A stretch of DNA of 64,000 nt from Dehalococcoidia bacterium (GCA_963667465.2 CAXXDN010000001.1:576001-640000), one strand, 5' to 3'; shown: positions 28,072 to 37,579, counted from the first letter of the stretch. Translations and numbers: made by a program. Notes: generated by a model from the letters alone, not told the origin.

Positions 28072-29271
28072 CTAGTCCGAAGACGCCGCCGCCGCGCCCT
28101 CCGCGGGCTCGGCGGCAGGTGGTTCGTCCGGCGGCTCGCCGGATGATTCGAGGCCGAAGTGGCGGGCGGCGTGGGACTGGGCGAGGGCAGCGTCCGGGTC
28201 CAGTCCACGGAGACGGCTGTCGGCGTACCAGAAGAGCTCCCGCAGCAGCGCCGTGAGCGGCACGATTACCAGCAGCCCGATGAAGCCGAAGACTGCGCCG
28301 GCAGCGACCAGCAGCAGGATGATGATCGCGGGGTGCAGGTCCACCGCCTGGCTCTGGATGCGCGGCACCAGCAGGTTGTTCTCCAACTGCTGCACCATCA
28401 CGAAGAGCAGCGCTACCCACAGGATCTTCTCCGGGTCCCCGCTTGCCGCCGCCATCAGCAGCGCCGGCAGCGCCCCGATCCATGGCCCGATGATCGGGAT
28501 CAACTCCGTGATGCCCGCGAAGATCGCGAGCGCGATCGATAGCTCCACGTCGATCAGCGTGAGCCCGATGAATGTCAGCACGCCGACCACCGCGCCCAGG
28601 ATGAGTTGCCCGCGCAGGTAGCGGCCGAGCAGGGCGTCGGCAATGCGAACGCTGTTGAAGAGGTCGGGCCGCGCGATGGCCGGCACCGCGGCTCCGAAGT
28701 TGTCCTCGAAGCGGTGGCGGTCACGCAGGGCGTAGAACAGCCAGAAGGGGACGATCGCGAAGCCGAACAGCACCGCGAGCGTCCTGGTCAGAACCGAGAA
28801 CGAGTCCGTCGTGTGGCTCGCGAGCTCGACGCCGATCCGGTCCGCGTTCTCCGCGATGGTCGTGTCGATGCGTTCGCGCACGTTGTCCGGGACGCGCTCG
28901 CGGTACTGGTCGAGCCAGGAGTTGATCTGGTCCTGCGCGCGCTGCCGCAGATCGGGGAACGAGTCGATGAACTCGGTGGCCTGATCGATCGCGACGGGCG
29001 CCACCAGCAGGCCGAGCCCGATCAGGATCGCGAGGATCACGAGGTACACGAGCAGGACGGCGAGGCCCCGCGAGATGACGTTCCTCTCCGGTGTGCCGCC
29101 CGGCAGGAACGAGGCGAGCGAGGCGATGTGGTCCACCGCCGGCGTCAGCACGTAGGCGAGGAGCCCGCCGACCGCGAACGGGAAGAGCGCCCAGCGCGCG
29201 CTCCACGCAATCCAGAGCACCACGCCTACCATCAGCAGCCAGAGCGCAACCCGCACCCGGGGTCTGGTCAT
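28072..29271 (-). CDS. AI-2E family transporter
   Basis: LAYVLTPAV, YLRGQL, ELIPIIGPWIG, QQLENNLLVPRI, LHP; start could be 29286. Confidence 0.92.
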   Translation of the reverse strand: MTRPRVRVALWLLMVGVVLWIAWSARWALFPFAVGGLLAYVLTPAVDHIASLASFLPGGTPERNVISRGLAVLLVYLVILAILIGLGLLVAPVAIDQATEFIDSFPDLRQRAQDQINSWLDQYRERVPDNVRERIDTTIAENADRIGVELASHTTDSFSVLTRTLAVLFGFAIVPFWLFYALRDRHRFEDNFGAAVPAIARPDLFNSVRIADALLGRYLRGQLILGAVVGVLTFIGLTLIDVELSIALAIFAGITELIPIIGPWIGALPALLMAAASGDPEKILWVALLFVMVQQLENNLLVPRIQSQAVDLHPAIIILLLVAAGAVFGFIGLLVIVPLTALLRELFWYADSRLRGLDPDAALAQSHAARHFGLESSGEPPDEPPAAEPAEGAAAASSD

Positions 29272-29464
29272 GACGTGCTCACTCACCCTCGTGCGTCGCT
29301 GGCCCGGCACGGACCGCCGGTCCGTTCGCCCATTGTGCCTGATACGCGCGGCGCAGGGAGACGCTCCAGTGTTCGCGACCATTGGCTCGCCATTGACATC
29401 TCGTGATGCGCGCAAGACGATAGCCGTGGCTGGGCCCCCCGGGGCCCGGTCACGAGGGAACGCG

Positions 29465-29893
29465 ATGGTCTCCAGGCAAACGCTCGAGCGACGAATCGCC
29501 GACAGCGGACGCCGCCTTACCGAACCGCGTCGCCAACTGATCGAGGCGATGCGCAACCTTGGCGACCACTTCACCGCCGACCAGGTCGTGCAGGAAGCTC
29601 CCGGCGTCGGTCGCGCAACCGTGTTCCGGACGATGCGGCTGCTGCAGGAAGTCGGCGTGCTCTGCCAGGTCGTGCTCGATGACGGCGCCGTCGGCTACCG
29701 GCTCACCGACAACGCGCGCCACCACCACCACCTGATCTGCTCCCAGTGCGGCGCCACCGACGATTTCGCGAGCGCCGGTATCGAGGACCAACTCGCCGAG
29801 CTGGGCCGTCAGAGCGGCTTCGACATCCACGGCCACCGGCTCGAGATCTACGGCGTCTGCGCCGCCTGCAACGAGGAGCTCGGCTGCCACTGA
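29465..29893 (+). CDS. Fur-family regulator, probably Zur
   Basis: RLTEPR, RATVFRT, HHHHLICSQCG, LEIYGVCAAC; adjacent to a metal ABC operon. Confidence 0.9.
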   Translation: MVSRQTLERRIADSGRRLTEPRRQLIEAMRNLGDHFTADQVVQEAPGVGRATVFRTMRLLQEVGVLCQVVLDDGAVGYRLTDNARHHHHLICSQCGATDDFASAGIEDQLAELGRQSGFDIHGHRLEIYGVCAACNEELGCH

Positions 29894-29930
29894 CGTGACT
29901 GCCGTAAGCCTGGGCGTCCACCCTCCAGAC

Positions 29931-30038
29931 TGATATCCCGGGCTGATACTGATATCCGGTATCTTGCGCGTCTTGCTGATACGGGGTATCGTGCCGCGGA
30001 TCAGCTGAGACGGGGTATCAGGATGATACCGGGTATCA
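29931..30038 (+). promoter_or_regulatory. Array of four 15-bp palindromic operators (TGATAC-nnn-GTATCA) overlapping a sigma70-like promoter
   Basis: Boxes at 29950, 29977, 30006, 30024; half-site at 29931; TTGCGC(29964)-17bp-TATCGT(29987). Confidence 0.75.
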
Positions 30039-30051
30039 GAAGAGGGTTGTG

Positions 30052-31284
30052 ATGCGTTACCTGTTCCCGCTGCGAGCGTTCTGGACGGCGCTCCTTCTCG
30101 TGCTCGCGCTCGCCGTTGCGGCAGCGTGCACCAGCGATGATGACGATGACGGCGACGGCGCTGCCGGCGGCGAGAGCATGCAGGTGGCCACCGCAGTGGC
30201 CACCCCGGCCGAACCCCTGCAGGTGGTCGCCTCGACCGGCATTATCGCCCACTTCGCCGAGCAGATCGCCGGCGACAACGCAGACGTCGTGTCCGTGATC
30301 CCGCCGGGCGCGGACGCGCACAGCTTCAGCGCCTCCACCACCGACATCCGCAACATCACGGCCGCCGACCTGGTGATCGTCAACGGCTACAACCTCGAGG
30401 AGGGCGCCCTCGCGACCATCTTCGAGCACCTGCCCGAGGACACCCACCTCGTGATCGCCGCCGCGGGGATCTCCCCGCTCGAGGGCGGACACCACGAGGA
30501 GGAGGAAGGCCACGGCGACGAGGACGAAGAGGGCGACCACGGCGACGAGGACGAAGAGGGCGAGGACCACGGCGACGAGGACGAAGAGGGCGAGGACCAC
30601 GGCGACGAGGACGAAGACGGCGACCACGGCGACGAGGACGAAGAGGGCGAGGACCACGGCGACGAGGACGAAGAGGGCGAGGACCACGGCGACGAGGACG
30701 AAGAGGGCGACCACCACGACGAAGAGATCGAGGTCGACGCGGAGCACGAGCTTGCCGTCGCCGATGGCGACCCGCACATGTGGCTCACCGTCTCGAACGC
30801 GATGGTCTACGTGCGCAACATCACGGACGGTCTGGTCGCGGCCGACCCGGCCAACGCGGCCGCCTACCGCGAGCGCGAAGCGGCCTACCTCGGCGAGCTG
30901 CAGGCGCTCGACGAGGAGGTCCGGGCGGCCATCTCCGGTATCCCGCAGGAACGCCGCGTGCTGATCGTCTACCACGACGCGTTCCAGTACTTCGCTGCCG
31001 AGTACGGGCTCGAGCTGGCCGCCGCCGTGCTGCCGGCCAGCCCCTCGCAACAGGCAAGCGCGGCGGCCGTCGCCGAGATCATCGATATCGTCGGCGATCG
31101 CGAGGTCGGCGCGGTGTACCGTGAGCCGCAGTTCGCCGCGGCCGCCCTCGATGCGATCGCCGGGGAGGCGGGCGTGCGTGTGCTGACGCTCTACACGGGC
31201 GCCTTCACGGACGAGGTCGACAGCTACGTCGAGTTGATGCGTGAGAACGCGAAGGCTCTGGTCGACGGGCTCGGCGGAGGGTAA
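30052..31284 (+). CDS. znuA: Zn/Mn ABC transporter substrate-binding lipoprotein with a His/acidic loop
   Basis: AAAC lipobox, DAHSF, NGYNLE, DPHMW, YHDAFQYF. Confidence 0.9.
   Translation: MRYLFPLRAFWTALLLVLALAVAAACTSDDDDDGDGAAGGESMQVATAVATPAEPLQVVASTGIIAHFAEQIAGDNADVVSVIPPGADAHSFSASTTDIRNITAADLVIVNGYNLEEGALATIFEHLPEDTHLVIAAAGISPLEGGHHEEEEGHGDEDEEGDHGDEDEEGEDHGDEDEEGEDHGDEDEDGDHGDEDEEGEDHGDEDEEGEDHGDEDEEGDHHDEEIEVDAEHELAVADGDPHMWLTVSNAMVYVRNITDGLVAADPANAAAYREREAAYLGELQALDEEVRAAISGIPQERRVLIVYHDAFQYFAAEYGLELAAAVLPASPSQQASAAAVAEIIDIVGDREVGAVYREPQFAAAALDAIAGEAGVRVLTLYTGAFTDEVDSYVELMRENAKALVDGLGGG
30511..30714 (+). repeat. In-frame 27/30-bp tandem repeat, HGDEDEEG(E)D x7
   Basis: CACGGCGACGAGGACGAAGAGGGC(GAG)GAC units. 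Confidence 0.92.
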
Positions 31285-31312
31285 CGTGCGCGGGCGGGGA
31301 ACGGAGCGACCG

Positions 31313-32242
31313 ATGACGTCTCGCCCCGAGCACGCGCACCATGGACACGACGCCCACGGGCCCGTCGGGCATGAGGATCCGACGCACATCCACGACGCCG
31401 TAGAGCTCGACGGCGCGGGCCATCGGGCCGCGCGCGCGAGGCTGGCGCCGGGACACATGCACGGCCCGCTCGCCCTCGAGGTCAAGGGCCTCTGGGCCGG
31501 CTACCCCGGCAAGCCTCCCGCGCTCGAGGACGTCAGCTTCGTTGTCCCCGAGGGCGAGATGGTCGGTCTCGTCGGACCGAACGGGGCCGGCAAGTCGACG
31601 CTGTTCAAGTCGATTCTCGGCGTCGTGCGGCCGTTGCTCGGCGAGGTGCGCGTCTTCGGGCGCCCCGTCTCGGAGACGCGGGCGGATGTCGCCTATACCC
31701 CGCAGGTCGAGGAGGTCGACTGGGAGTTCCCGGTCAGCGTCCGCGACGTGGTGCTGATGGGCTGCTGGCGCGGGAGCAGCCCGTTCCGCCGCTGGTCGCG
31801 GCAGGACCGCGAGGCCACGGAGGACGCGCTTGAGCGGGTCCAGCTCTCCGATCTCGCCAACCGCCAGGTCGGCGAGCTTTCGGGCGGCCAGCGCCGCCGC
31901 GTGCTGATCGCCCGCTCGATTGCGCGCGGCGCTCGGCTGCTTCTGCTCGACGAGCCCTTCGCCGGCCTTGATGCCGCCGTCGAGCACGACCTGCTCGCGA
32001 TCCTCGACGAGCTCACCCACGAGGGCTGCAGCATCCTGATCGCCACGCACGATCTCGCGTGCGTGGCCAGCGCCTGCGACGAGGCGTGCTGCCTCAACCG
32101 CCGCGTGCAGGGCTACGGCCCGCCCGCCGACGTGCTCACGGAGGACGTGCTCTCGCGCACCTTCGAGCGCGCGCTCGTCCCGGTCGGCGCGGAACGGGAG
32201 TTCATTGTTCCGGAGGGCAACGGGAGCGCCGGAGCGAGCTGA
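31313..32242 (+). CDS. znuC: Metal ABC transporter ATPase with a His-rich N-terminus
   Basis: GPNGAGKS, LSGGQRRR, LLLDEP, ATHD. Confidence 0.9.
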   Translation: MTSRPEHAHHGHDAHGPVGHEDPTHIHDAVELDGAGHRAARARLAPGHMHGPLALEVKGLWAGYPGKPPALEDVSFVVPEGEMVGLVGPNGAGKSTLFKSILGVVRPLLGEVRVFGRPVSETRADVAYTPQVEEVDWEFPVSVRDVVLMGCWRGSSPFRRWSRQDREATEDALERVQLSDLANRQVGELSGGQRRRVLIARSIARGARLLLLDEPFAGLDAAVEHDLLAILDELTHEGCSILIATHDLACVASACDEACCLNRRVQGYGPPADVLTEDVLSRTFERALVPVGAEREFIVPEGNGSAGAS

Positions 32243-32254
32243 GGGCGGTCGAAG

Positions 32255-33106
32255 GTGGAGCTTGCGGAATGGCTGATTGAGCCGTACGAGTACGAGTTCA
32301 TGCAGCGCGCGTTGGCCTCGCTGCTGATCGTCAGCCTGGTCGGCTCGGTGGTCGGGACGTTCGTCGTGCACAAGGGGCTGGCGGCCTCGGGCAGCGGGCT
32401 CGCGCACGCGACGCTGGCGGGCGTCGCGATCGCCTTCGTCAACGGGGCGAGCGTGGCGCTCGGCGCGCTCGCCGCGGCCGTCGCGACGGCGCTCGGGATC
32501 GGCTACGTACGCCGCACCTCGCGCGTCAGCTACGACACGGCGATCGCGATCTTCTTCGTCTCCGCCTTCTCGCTCGGCATCCTCGTGATCTCGCGCCGCT
32601 CGAGCTACACGCCGGACCTGGTGTCCTTCGTATTCGGCGACATCCTCGGCGTCTCCCGGGCCGACCTGCTGGGCGAAGTGATCCTGGCCGTCGTCGTGGT
32701 TGGCTTCGTGCTCGCCTTCTACCGCGAGCTGGTAATGGTCGCCTACGACCCAGCGATGGCGGCGGCGGCCGGGGTGCGGACGGCGTTCTTCGAGTTCTCG
32801 CTGCTGGTGCTGATCGCCCTCGCGGTGGTGGTGGCATTGCAGGCGATCGGCATCGTGCTGGTCACGGCGACGCTGATCATCCCGCCGGCGACGGCGAGCC
32901 TGCTGTTCCGGCGGATTCCGCGGATCATGGCGGCGAGCTTCCTGATCGGGGTGGCCAGCTCGGTGTTCGGGTTGTACGCCTCGTTCCACGCGGGCGTCGC
33001 CGCCAGTCCCGCAGTCGTGCTCTCTGCCACGGCCGCCTTCGCCGTCGTCCTCGTCGCCACCTCGCTGCGGCGTACGCGCCTCCCGGCTGCCGCGACCGCC
33101 GAGTAG
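32255..33106 (+). CDS. znuB: Metal ABC transporter permease
   Basis: YEFMQRAL, LAHATLAG, FGDILGV, YDP..A, IIPPATA. Confidence 0.9.
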   Translation: MELAEWLIEPYEYEFMQRALASLLIVSLVGSVVGTFVVHKGLAASGSGLAHATLAGVAIAFVNGASVALGALAAAVATALGIGYVRRTSRVSYDTAIAIFFVSAFSLGILVISRRSSYTPDLVSFVFGDILGVSRADLLGEVILAVVVVGFVLAFYRELVMVAYDPAMAAAAGVRTAFFEFSLLVLIALAVVVALQAIGIVLVTATLIIPPATASLLFRRIPRIMAASFLIGVASSVFGLYASFHAGVAASPAVVLSATAAFAVVLVATSLRRTRLPAAATAE

Positions 33107-33291
33107 GGTGGACCACCTTCGTGGAGGCGCCCGCGCGCTCCCTCACACGCCCGTAACAAGGCCATGCGACGCTGGATGCACCGTCACCGCCGCCGGTTGA
33201 GCGGCGGGAGGGGTATACGTAGGCTGAGTGTGCTCCCCGATTCCGGCGAGCGAGCGCTCGAGGCCGCTCGATCGGGACAGCTGGCGAGGCG

Positions 33292-34785
33292 ATGGTCGCA
33301 GAACTTGTAGGCAGCGAGGCGGAGCCGTCACCCGTGGCGGAGCCCGCGCCTCGCAAGCGACCGGAACGCCCGAACGTCGACCGCAAGGCGCGGCTGCAGC
33401 TGGAGCCGAAGCTGCCCGCCAAACAGCCGCCCGAGGTCCGCACCGGCAACTGGGACGAGACCTTCCACCTCTTCGATCCGGAAACCGCCAAGGCCGAGGC
33501 GCTGCGCTGCATCCAGTGCCCCGCCGCCCCCTGCCAGGTTGCCTGCCCCGTCGGGAACGACATCCCCGCCTCGTTCTGGCTGCTCGAGCAGGGCGACTTC
33601 GACGGCGCCGCCAACGTCTTCCGCGAGACCAGCGAGCTGCCCGAGATGTGCGGGCGACTCTGCCCCCAGGAGCGGCTCTGCGAGGGCCACTGCGTCGTCG
33701 GCAAGAAGGGCGAGCCGGTCGCCATCGGGAAGCTCGAGACGTTTGTCACGGAGTGGCAGCTGGCCAACGGCAACCCGCCGCCCGCGACGGTCGCTCCCGC
33801 GAGTGACAAGAGCCTCGCGATCATCGGATCGGGGCCGGCCGGCATCGGTGTCGCCGAGCGCGTCGCGCGGTCCGGCCATCGCGTCGTCGTGTACGACGCC
33901 TGGCCGGTGGCGGGCGGGCTGCTGCACTACGGCATCCCCAACTTCAAGCAGAACAAGGCCAGCGTCGCCGACCGCATCGAGCGCCTGCGCGACCTCGGCG
34001 TCGAGTTCGTGCTCGGCGTACGCGTCGGCGAGGACATCGCCTTCGAGGAGCTCGAGCGCGAGTACGATGCCGTCTTCGTCGCGGCCGGGGCGATCGAGGG
34101 CGTGCGACTGGGGCTGGAACACGAGGATGCGCCCGGCGTCTACGAGGCGACGGAGTTCCTGGTGCGCGGCAACCTGCCCCCCGAGGATCTGCCGGAGCAG
34201 CTGCGCGATCCGCTGCCGCCGCTGCGCAGCGTGGTGGTGGTCGGCGGCGGCGACACCTCGATGGACTGTGTGCGCACGGCGGTGCGGCTTGGCGCGGAGG
34301 AGGTGCGGCTCGTCTATCGCCGCACGGAGCAGGAGATGCAGGGCCGCGAGGAAGAGCGCATGCACGCCCACGAAGAGGGCGTGATCTTCGAGTTCCTCAC
34401 CTCACCCACGGCGATCCTCGCGGATGCCGAGGGCGCGTTCCGCGCGCTGCGCTGCCAGCTCATGGAACTCGGCGAGCCCGACGAGAGCGGGCGCGCCCGC
34501 CCCGAACCGATCGGCGGCAGCGGCTTCGAGATCGAGGCCGACGCGCTCGTGCTCGCCATCGGTTACAACGTCGAGGACGGCTGGGGCGAGGTCGCACCCG
34601 CCGTCGAGCGCGACCCCTGGGGCCGCTTCACCGTCGACCCCCGCACGATGCGCACGAACCGCCCGGGCGTCTTCGCCGGCGGCGACGACGTGAACGGCGC
34701 CGACCTCGTCGTCACCGCCCTCGCCGACGCCCACGTCGCCGCCGCCAGCATCGAGGAGTGGCTGAGCGCCGGCGGGGACTGGTAG
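33292..34785 (+). CDS. GltD/SudA-like NAD(P)-dependent Fe-S flavoprotein
   Basis: RCIQC..APCQVACP, CGRLCPQERLCEGHC, IGSGPAG, YGIP, GGGDTSMD, FAGGD. Confidence 0.9.
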   Translation: MVAELVGSEAEPSPVAEPAPRKRPERPNVDRKARLQLEPKLPAKQPPEVRTGNWDETFHLFDPETAKAEALRCIQCPAAPCQVACPVGNDIPASFWLLEQGDFDGAANVFRETSELPEMCGRLCPQERLCEGHCVVGKKGEPVAIGKLETFVTEWQLANGNPPPATVAPASDKSLAIIGSGPAGIGVAERVARSGHRVVVYDAWPVAGGLLHYGIPNFKQNKASVADRIERLRDLGVEFVLGVRVGEDIAFEELEREYDAVFVAAGAIEGVRLGLEHEDAPGVYEATEFLVRGNLPPEDLPEQLRDPLPPLRSVVVVGGGDTSMDCVRTAVRLGAEEVRLVYRRTEQEMQGREEERMHAHEEGVIFEFLTSPTAILADAEGAFRALRCQLMELGEPDESGRARPEPIGGSGFEIEADALVLAIGYNVEDGWGEVAPAVERDPWGRFTVDPRTMRTNRPGVFAGGDDVNGADLVVTALADAHVAAASIEEWLSAGGDW

Positions 34786-34810
34786 GCGGGACCGTCGGCC
34801 ACAGGGTGCG

Positions 34811-34864
34811 GGGTGGGAGTCCGGTAGCGCGTTCGCTGTGCGCATCGTTGACTATCGCGCGTAG
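34811..34864 (+). pseudogene. C-terminal remnant of a HigB toxin
   Basis: WESGSAFAVRIVDYRA* resembles the HigB tail (F.W.xG.A.xV.IVDYH), directly upstream of higA. Confidence 0.65.
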
Positions 34865-34875
34865 GAGCGATTGAC

Positions 34876-35163
34876 ATGTTGCCGGAGCAGCGCATCCCGA
34901 CCCACCCCGGCGAGATCCTCGCGGAGGAGTTCCTGAAGCCACTCGGCCTCACGCAGGTCGCGCTGGCGGATCACATCGGCGTGCCCGTGCAGCGGGTGAA
35001 CGAAGTCGTGCGCGGGAAGCGCGGGATCACGGCGGAGACGGCCTGGCTGCTCTCCGGCGCGTTCGGGACGACGCCGGGCTTCTGGATCAACCTCCAGACG
35101 AGCTACGACCTTGCCACGAGGCGGCCCGACCGGCAGGTGGAGCCACTGGGCCTGACCGGGTAG
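34876..35163 (+). CDS. higA: HigA-family antitoxin
   Basis: PTHPGEIL.EEFL.PLG, GKRGITAETA..L...FGTTP.FW.NLQ..YD. Confidence 0.93.
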   Translation: MLPEQRIPTHPGEILAEEFLKPLGLTQVALADHIGVPVQRVNEVVRGKRGITAETAWLLSGAFGTTPGFWINLQTSYDLATRRPDRQVEPLGLTG

Positions 35164-35302
35164 CGCCACGGAGCCACACCTGCGTCCAGCCCCTGGCGCC
35201 GATCGCAGAGATGCGGCTCGGATCGCCTCGCGCTAGAGTGCGGAGACGAACCGATCAACGAGGACAGGGCGCCCTCGCGGCGCAATGACGAGGGGGATTG
35301 AG

Positions 35303-35755
35303 ATGGCGATCGCAGTGGGCCAGGAGGCCCCGGACTTCACGTTGCCCAACGAGGACGGCGAAGAGATCACGCTCTCCGCACTGCGCGGGTCGCCGGTGGT
35401 GCTGGTCTTCTACACCTTCGACTTCTCCGGCATCTGCACCGGCGAGCTGTGCGAGATCCGCGACGACTACAGCGAGTGGATGGACCTCGGCGCGCAGGTC
35501 TTCGGCATCAGCCGCGACAGCCGCTTCTCGCACGCGGCCTACAAGGAGGCGCACCAGCTCCCGTACTCGCTGCTCGCGGACATCAAGGGCGAGACCGCGA
35601 AGGCCTACGACACCTGGAACGAGGGTCTCTGGGCCGCCGAACGGCTGACCGTCGTGATCGACAAGGACGGCTCGATCGGGCACATCGTCAAGAACCCGAT
35701 CCCGGACGCGCGCGACCACTCGGCGATCGGCGAGGCCGTCAAGGCCGCGCTCTAG
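35303..35755 (+). CDS. Peroxiredoxin (AhpE/BCP-like)
   Basis: VGQEAPDFTL, FSGICTGELC, GISRD, ER.TVVIDKDG. Confidence 0.88.
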   Translation: MAIAVGQEAPDFTLPNEDGEEITLSALRGSPVVLVFYTFDFSGICTGELCEIRDDYSEWMDLGAQVFGISRDSRFSHAAYKEAHQLPYSLLADIKGETAKAYDTWNEGLWAAERLTVVIDKDGSIGHIVKNPIPDARDHSAIGEAVKAAL

Positions 35756-35774
35756 CAGCCACCACGGCGCGCAC

Positions 35775-36185
35775 GTGGCCCTCGATTTTCACTCGCTCGC
35801 GCGAGGCGACGCGCTCGGGCCATTCGCGCTCAGCGTGAGCGCGGACGAGGCGCGCGCCTACCTCGACGCCACCGGCGAGCCGGCCGAGCGCTGGACGGAC
35901 GCCGTCCCGCCGCTCGCGCAGGGTGCGCTCCTGCTCGGCGCGCTGCTGGAGCGGATGGCGCTGCCGGCCGGCGCGCTGCACACCGGCCAGGAGTTCGCCT
36001 TCCTCCGCGCCGTCGCCCCCGGCGAGCCGCTCGAGGGGCGCATCGCGGTCGCGCAGCACAGCGAGCGCCGGGGCTCCGTGATCGCCGCCTTCGACCTCGA
36101 GCTGCGCGACGCGGACGGCGAGCCGGTGCTGCGCGGCCGCAGCACCGTGATCGCGCCCGCCCGCGAGGAAGGCGCGGCCTCGTGA
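35775..36185 (+). CDS. Hotdog-fold MaoC N-terminal-type (non-catalytic) subunit
   Basis: VPP..., LHTGQEFAFLRAV.PG; coupled to the next MaoC gene. Confidence 0.75.
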   Translation: MALDFHSLARGDALGPFALSVSADEARAYLDATGEPAERWTDAVPPLAQGALLLGALLERMALPAGALHTGQEFAFLRAVAPGEPLEGRIAVAQHSERRGSVIAAFDLELRDADGEPVLRGRSTVIAPAREEGAAS

Positions 36186-36577
36186 GTGCCGAGGCGCCCA
36201 CCGTCGCGCCCGTGACGCGGCTGATCGACCAGGATCGCGTCGATCGCTACGCGGTCGCGGCGCGCGACCCGAACCCGATCCACACCGACGCCGAGTTCGC
36301 CGCCGCCAGCGACTTCGGCGGCCGCATCGCGCACGGGATGCTCGTGCTCGCCCTCGTCTCCGAGGCTTTGGCCGGCGCCTTCGGACGGCGCTGGGCGGAA
36401 AGCGGCTCGCTGCGCGTGCGCCTGCGCGCGCCCGCGGTGCAGCCGGTCGAGGTCACCGCGCACGCCGAGCCTCGCGGCGTCGCCGACGGCGTCGCCAGCT
36501 ACGACGTGCGCTGCGAGACGGCGGACGGCGCCGTGCTGCTGAGCGGCACGGCCACGGTCGCCCTTGGCGACGCGTGA
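36182..36577 (+). CDS. MaoC-family dehydratase
   Basis: YA....DPNPIH.D..FA, IAHGM. Confidence 0.88.
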   Translation: MSAEAPTVAPVTRLIDQDRVDRYAVAARDPNPIHTDAEFAAASDFGGRIAHGMLVLALVSEALAGAFGRRWAESGSLRVRLRAPAVQPVEVTAHAEPRGVADGVASYDVRCETADGAVLLSGTATVALGDA

Positions 36578-36598
36578 GCGTGAGCGCGCGCGTGCCGC

Positions 36599-36772
36599 AT
36601 GCTGATCGACCACGGCTTCGGGTCGCCTGGCCTGCAGCGCATCGTGATCCAGGCGGGACACGACAACCTCCAAAGCCGCGCGGTCCCGGAGCGCCTCGGC
36701 TTCCGTCTGGAGGAGGAAGCGGAAGTCGCCCGCTACGCCCTCGACAGCAGCGAATGGTCGCCCGATGACTGA
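36599..36772 (+). pseudogene. C-terminal remnant of a RimJ/RimL GNAT acetyltransferase
   Basis: LIDHGF..PGLQRIVIQA..DNLQSRAVPERLGFRLE; N-terminal two-thirds absent. Confidence 0.7.
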
Positions 36773-37247
36773 CGATCGCAGCGAGGAGGGCATCGACCCG
36801 GCGCTGCGCGAGCAGTACTGCTTCGGCTGCGGGCGGCACAACCCGCTCGGTTTCCACCTCGAGTTCGAGCGCGACGGCGGCGACGTCGTCGCGAGCTATA
36901 CGCCGCGACGCGAGGACAGCGGCTACCCCGGTCTGATGCACGGCGGCCTCGCGACGCTGCTGCTCGACGAGGCGATGGGTTGGGCGATGTACGCCGACCG
37001 CGTCTTCGCCGTGACCGCGCGCATGGCGACGCGCTTCCGCAGCCCCGTCACGCTCGACCGCCCGCTGCTGGTGCGCGGCCGCATCGACCGCCAGCGAGGA
37101 CGCCGCATCGAGGTCAGCGCGGAGCTCTACGACGAGGACGGCGCGCGCATCGTCGAGGCCTCGGGCCTGTTCCTGCGCATGGATGCCGAGGCGGAGGCGC
37201 AGGCCCGCGAGGTGATGCGCAGCGAGTTCGGCACGACGCTGGACTGA
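36765..37247 (+). CDS. PaaI-family thioesterase
   Basis: CFGCG..NP.G, HGGLATLLLDEAM. Confidence 0.9.
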   Translation: MTDDRSEEGIDPALREQYCFGCGRHNPLGFHLEFERDGGDVVASYTPRREDSGYPGLMHGGLATLLLDEAMGWAMYADRVFAVTARMATRFRSPVTLDRPLLVRGRIDRQRGRRIEVSAELYDEDGARIVEASGLFLRMDAEAEAQAREVMRSEFGTTLD

Positions 37248-37375
37248 GTGGTCCGGCTCTGCGGGGGGCTGCGCCCCCACGCCCCTGCCGGAGCCCCGAG
37301 GCCACACCCGCGCCCCGAGGCCTGTCCGGCCCTCTGCGCTTTGGGGAGGGTTCTTGGTAGGGACAGGGCGTCGGA

Positions 37376-37551
37376 CTACAGGCCGATTCTGCCTTCACGA
37401 TCTCCCACGAGACGGTGCCCTCAACCTTGGCGAGCCGAAGGCGCTCAAGGCCAATCCGCAGGTCTTCGGCGTCCTCGCAAGCCTCGCAGACCTCGTCGCC
37501 CTCGCAGGCGTCGTGGTTGGCGGGGTCGCGGCGGTCGTGTTCGGCGGGCAT
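37376..37551 (-). pseudogene. Degenerate antitoxin-like C-terminal remnant
   Basis: EDAEDLRIGLERL...TVSWEIVKAE, then IGL* after a 1-bp shift; no toxin adjacent. Confidence 0.45.
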
Positions 37552-37579
37552 GCTCGTCCAGTTGTGCACGCGCTCGTAC

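Noticed and set aside
29880-29900. TGA after Cys-His at the Fur C-terminus as another Sec codon
   Set aside because: The protein is already complete, and no comparable hairpin or protein-like extension follows.
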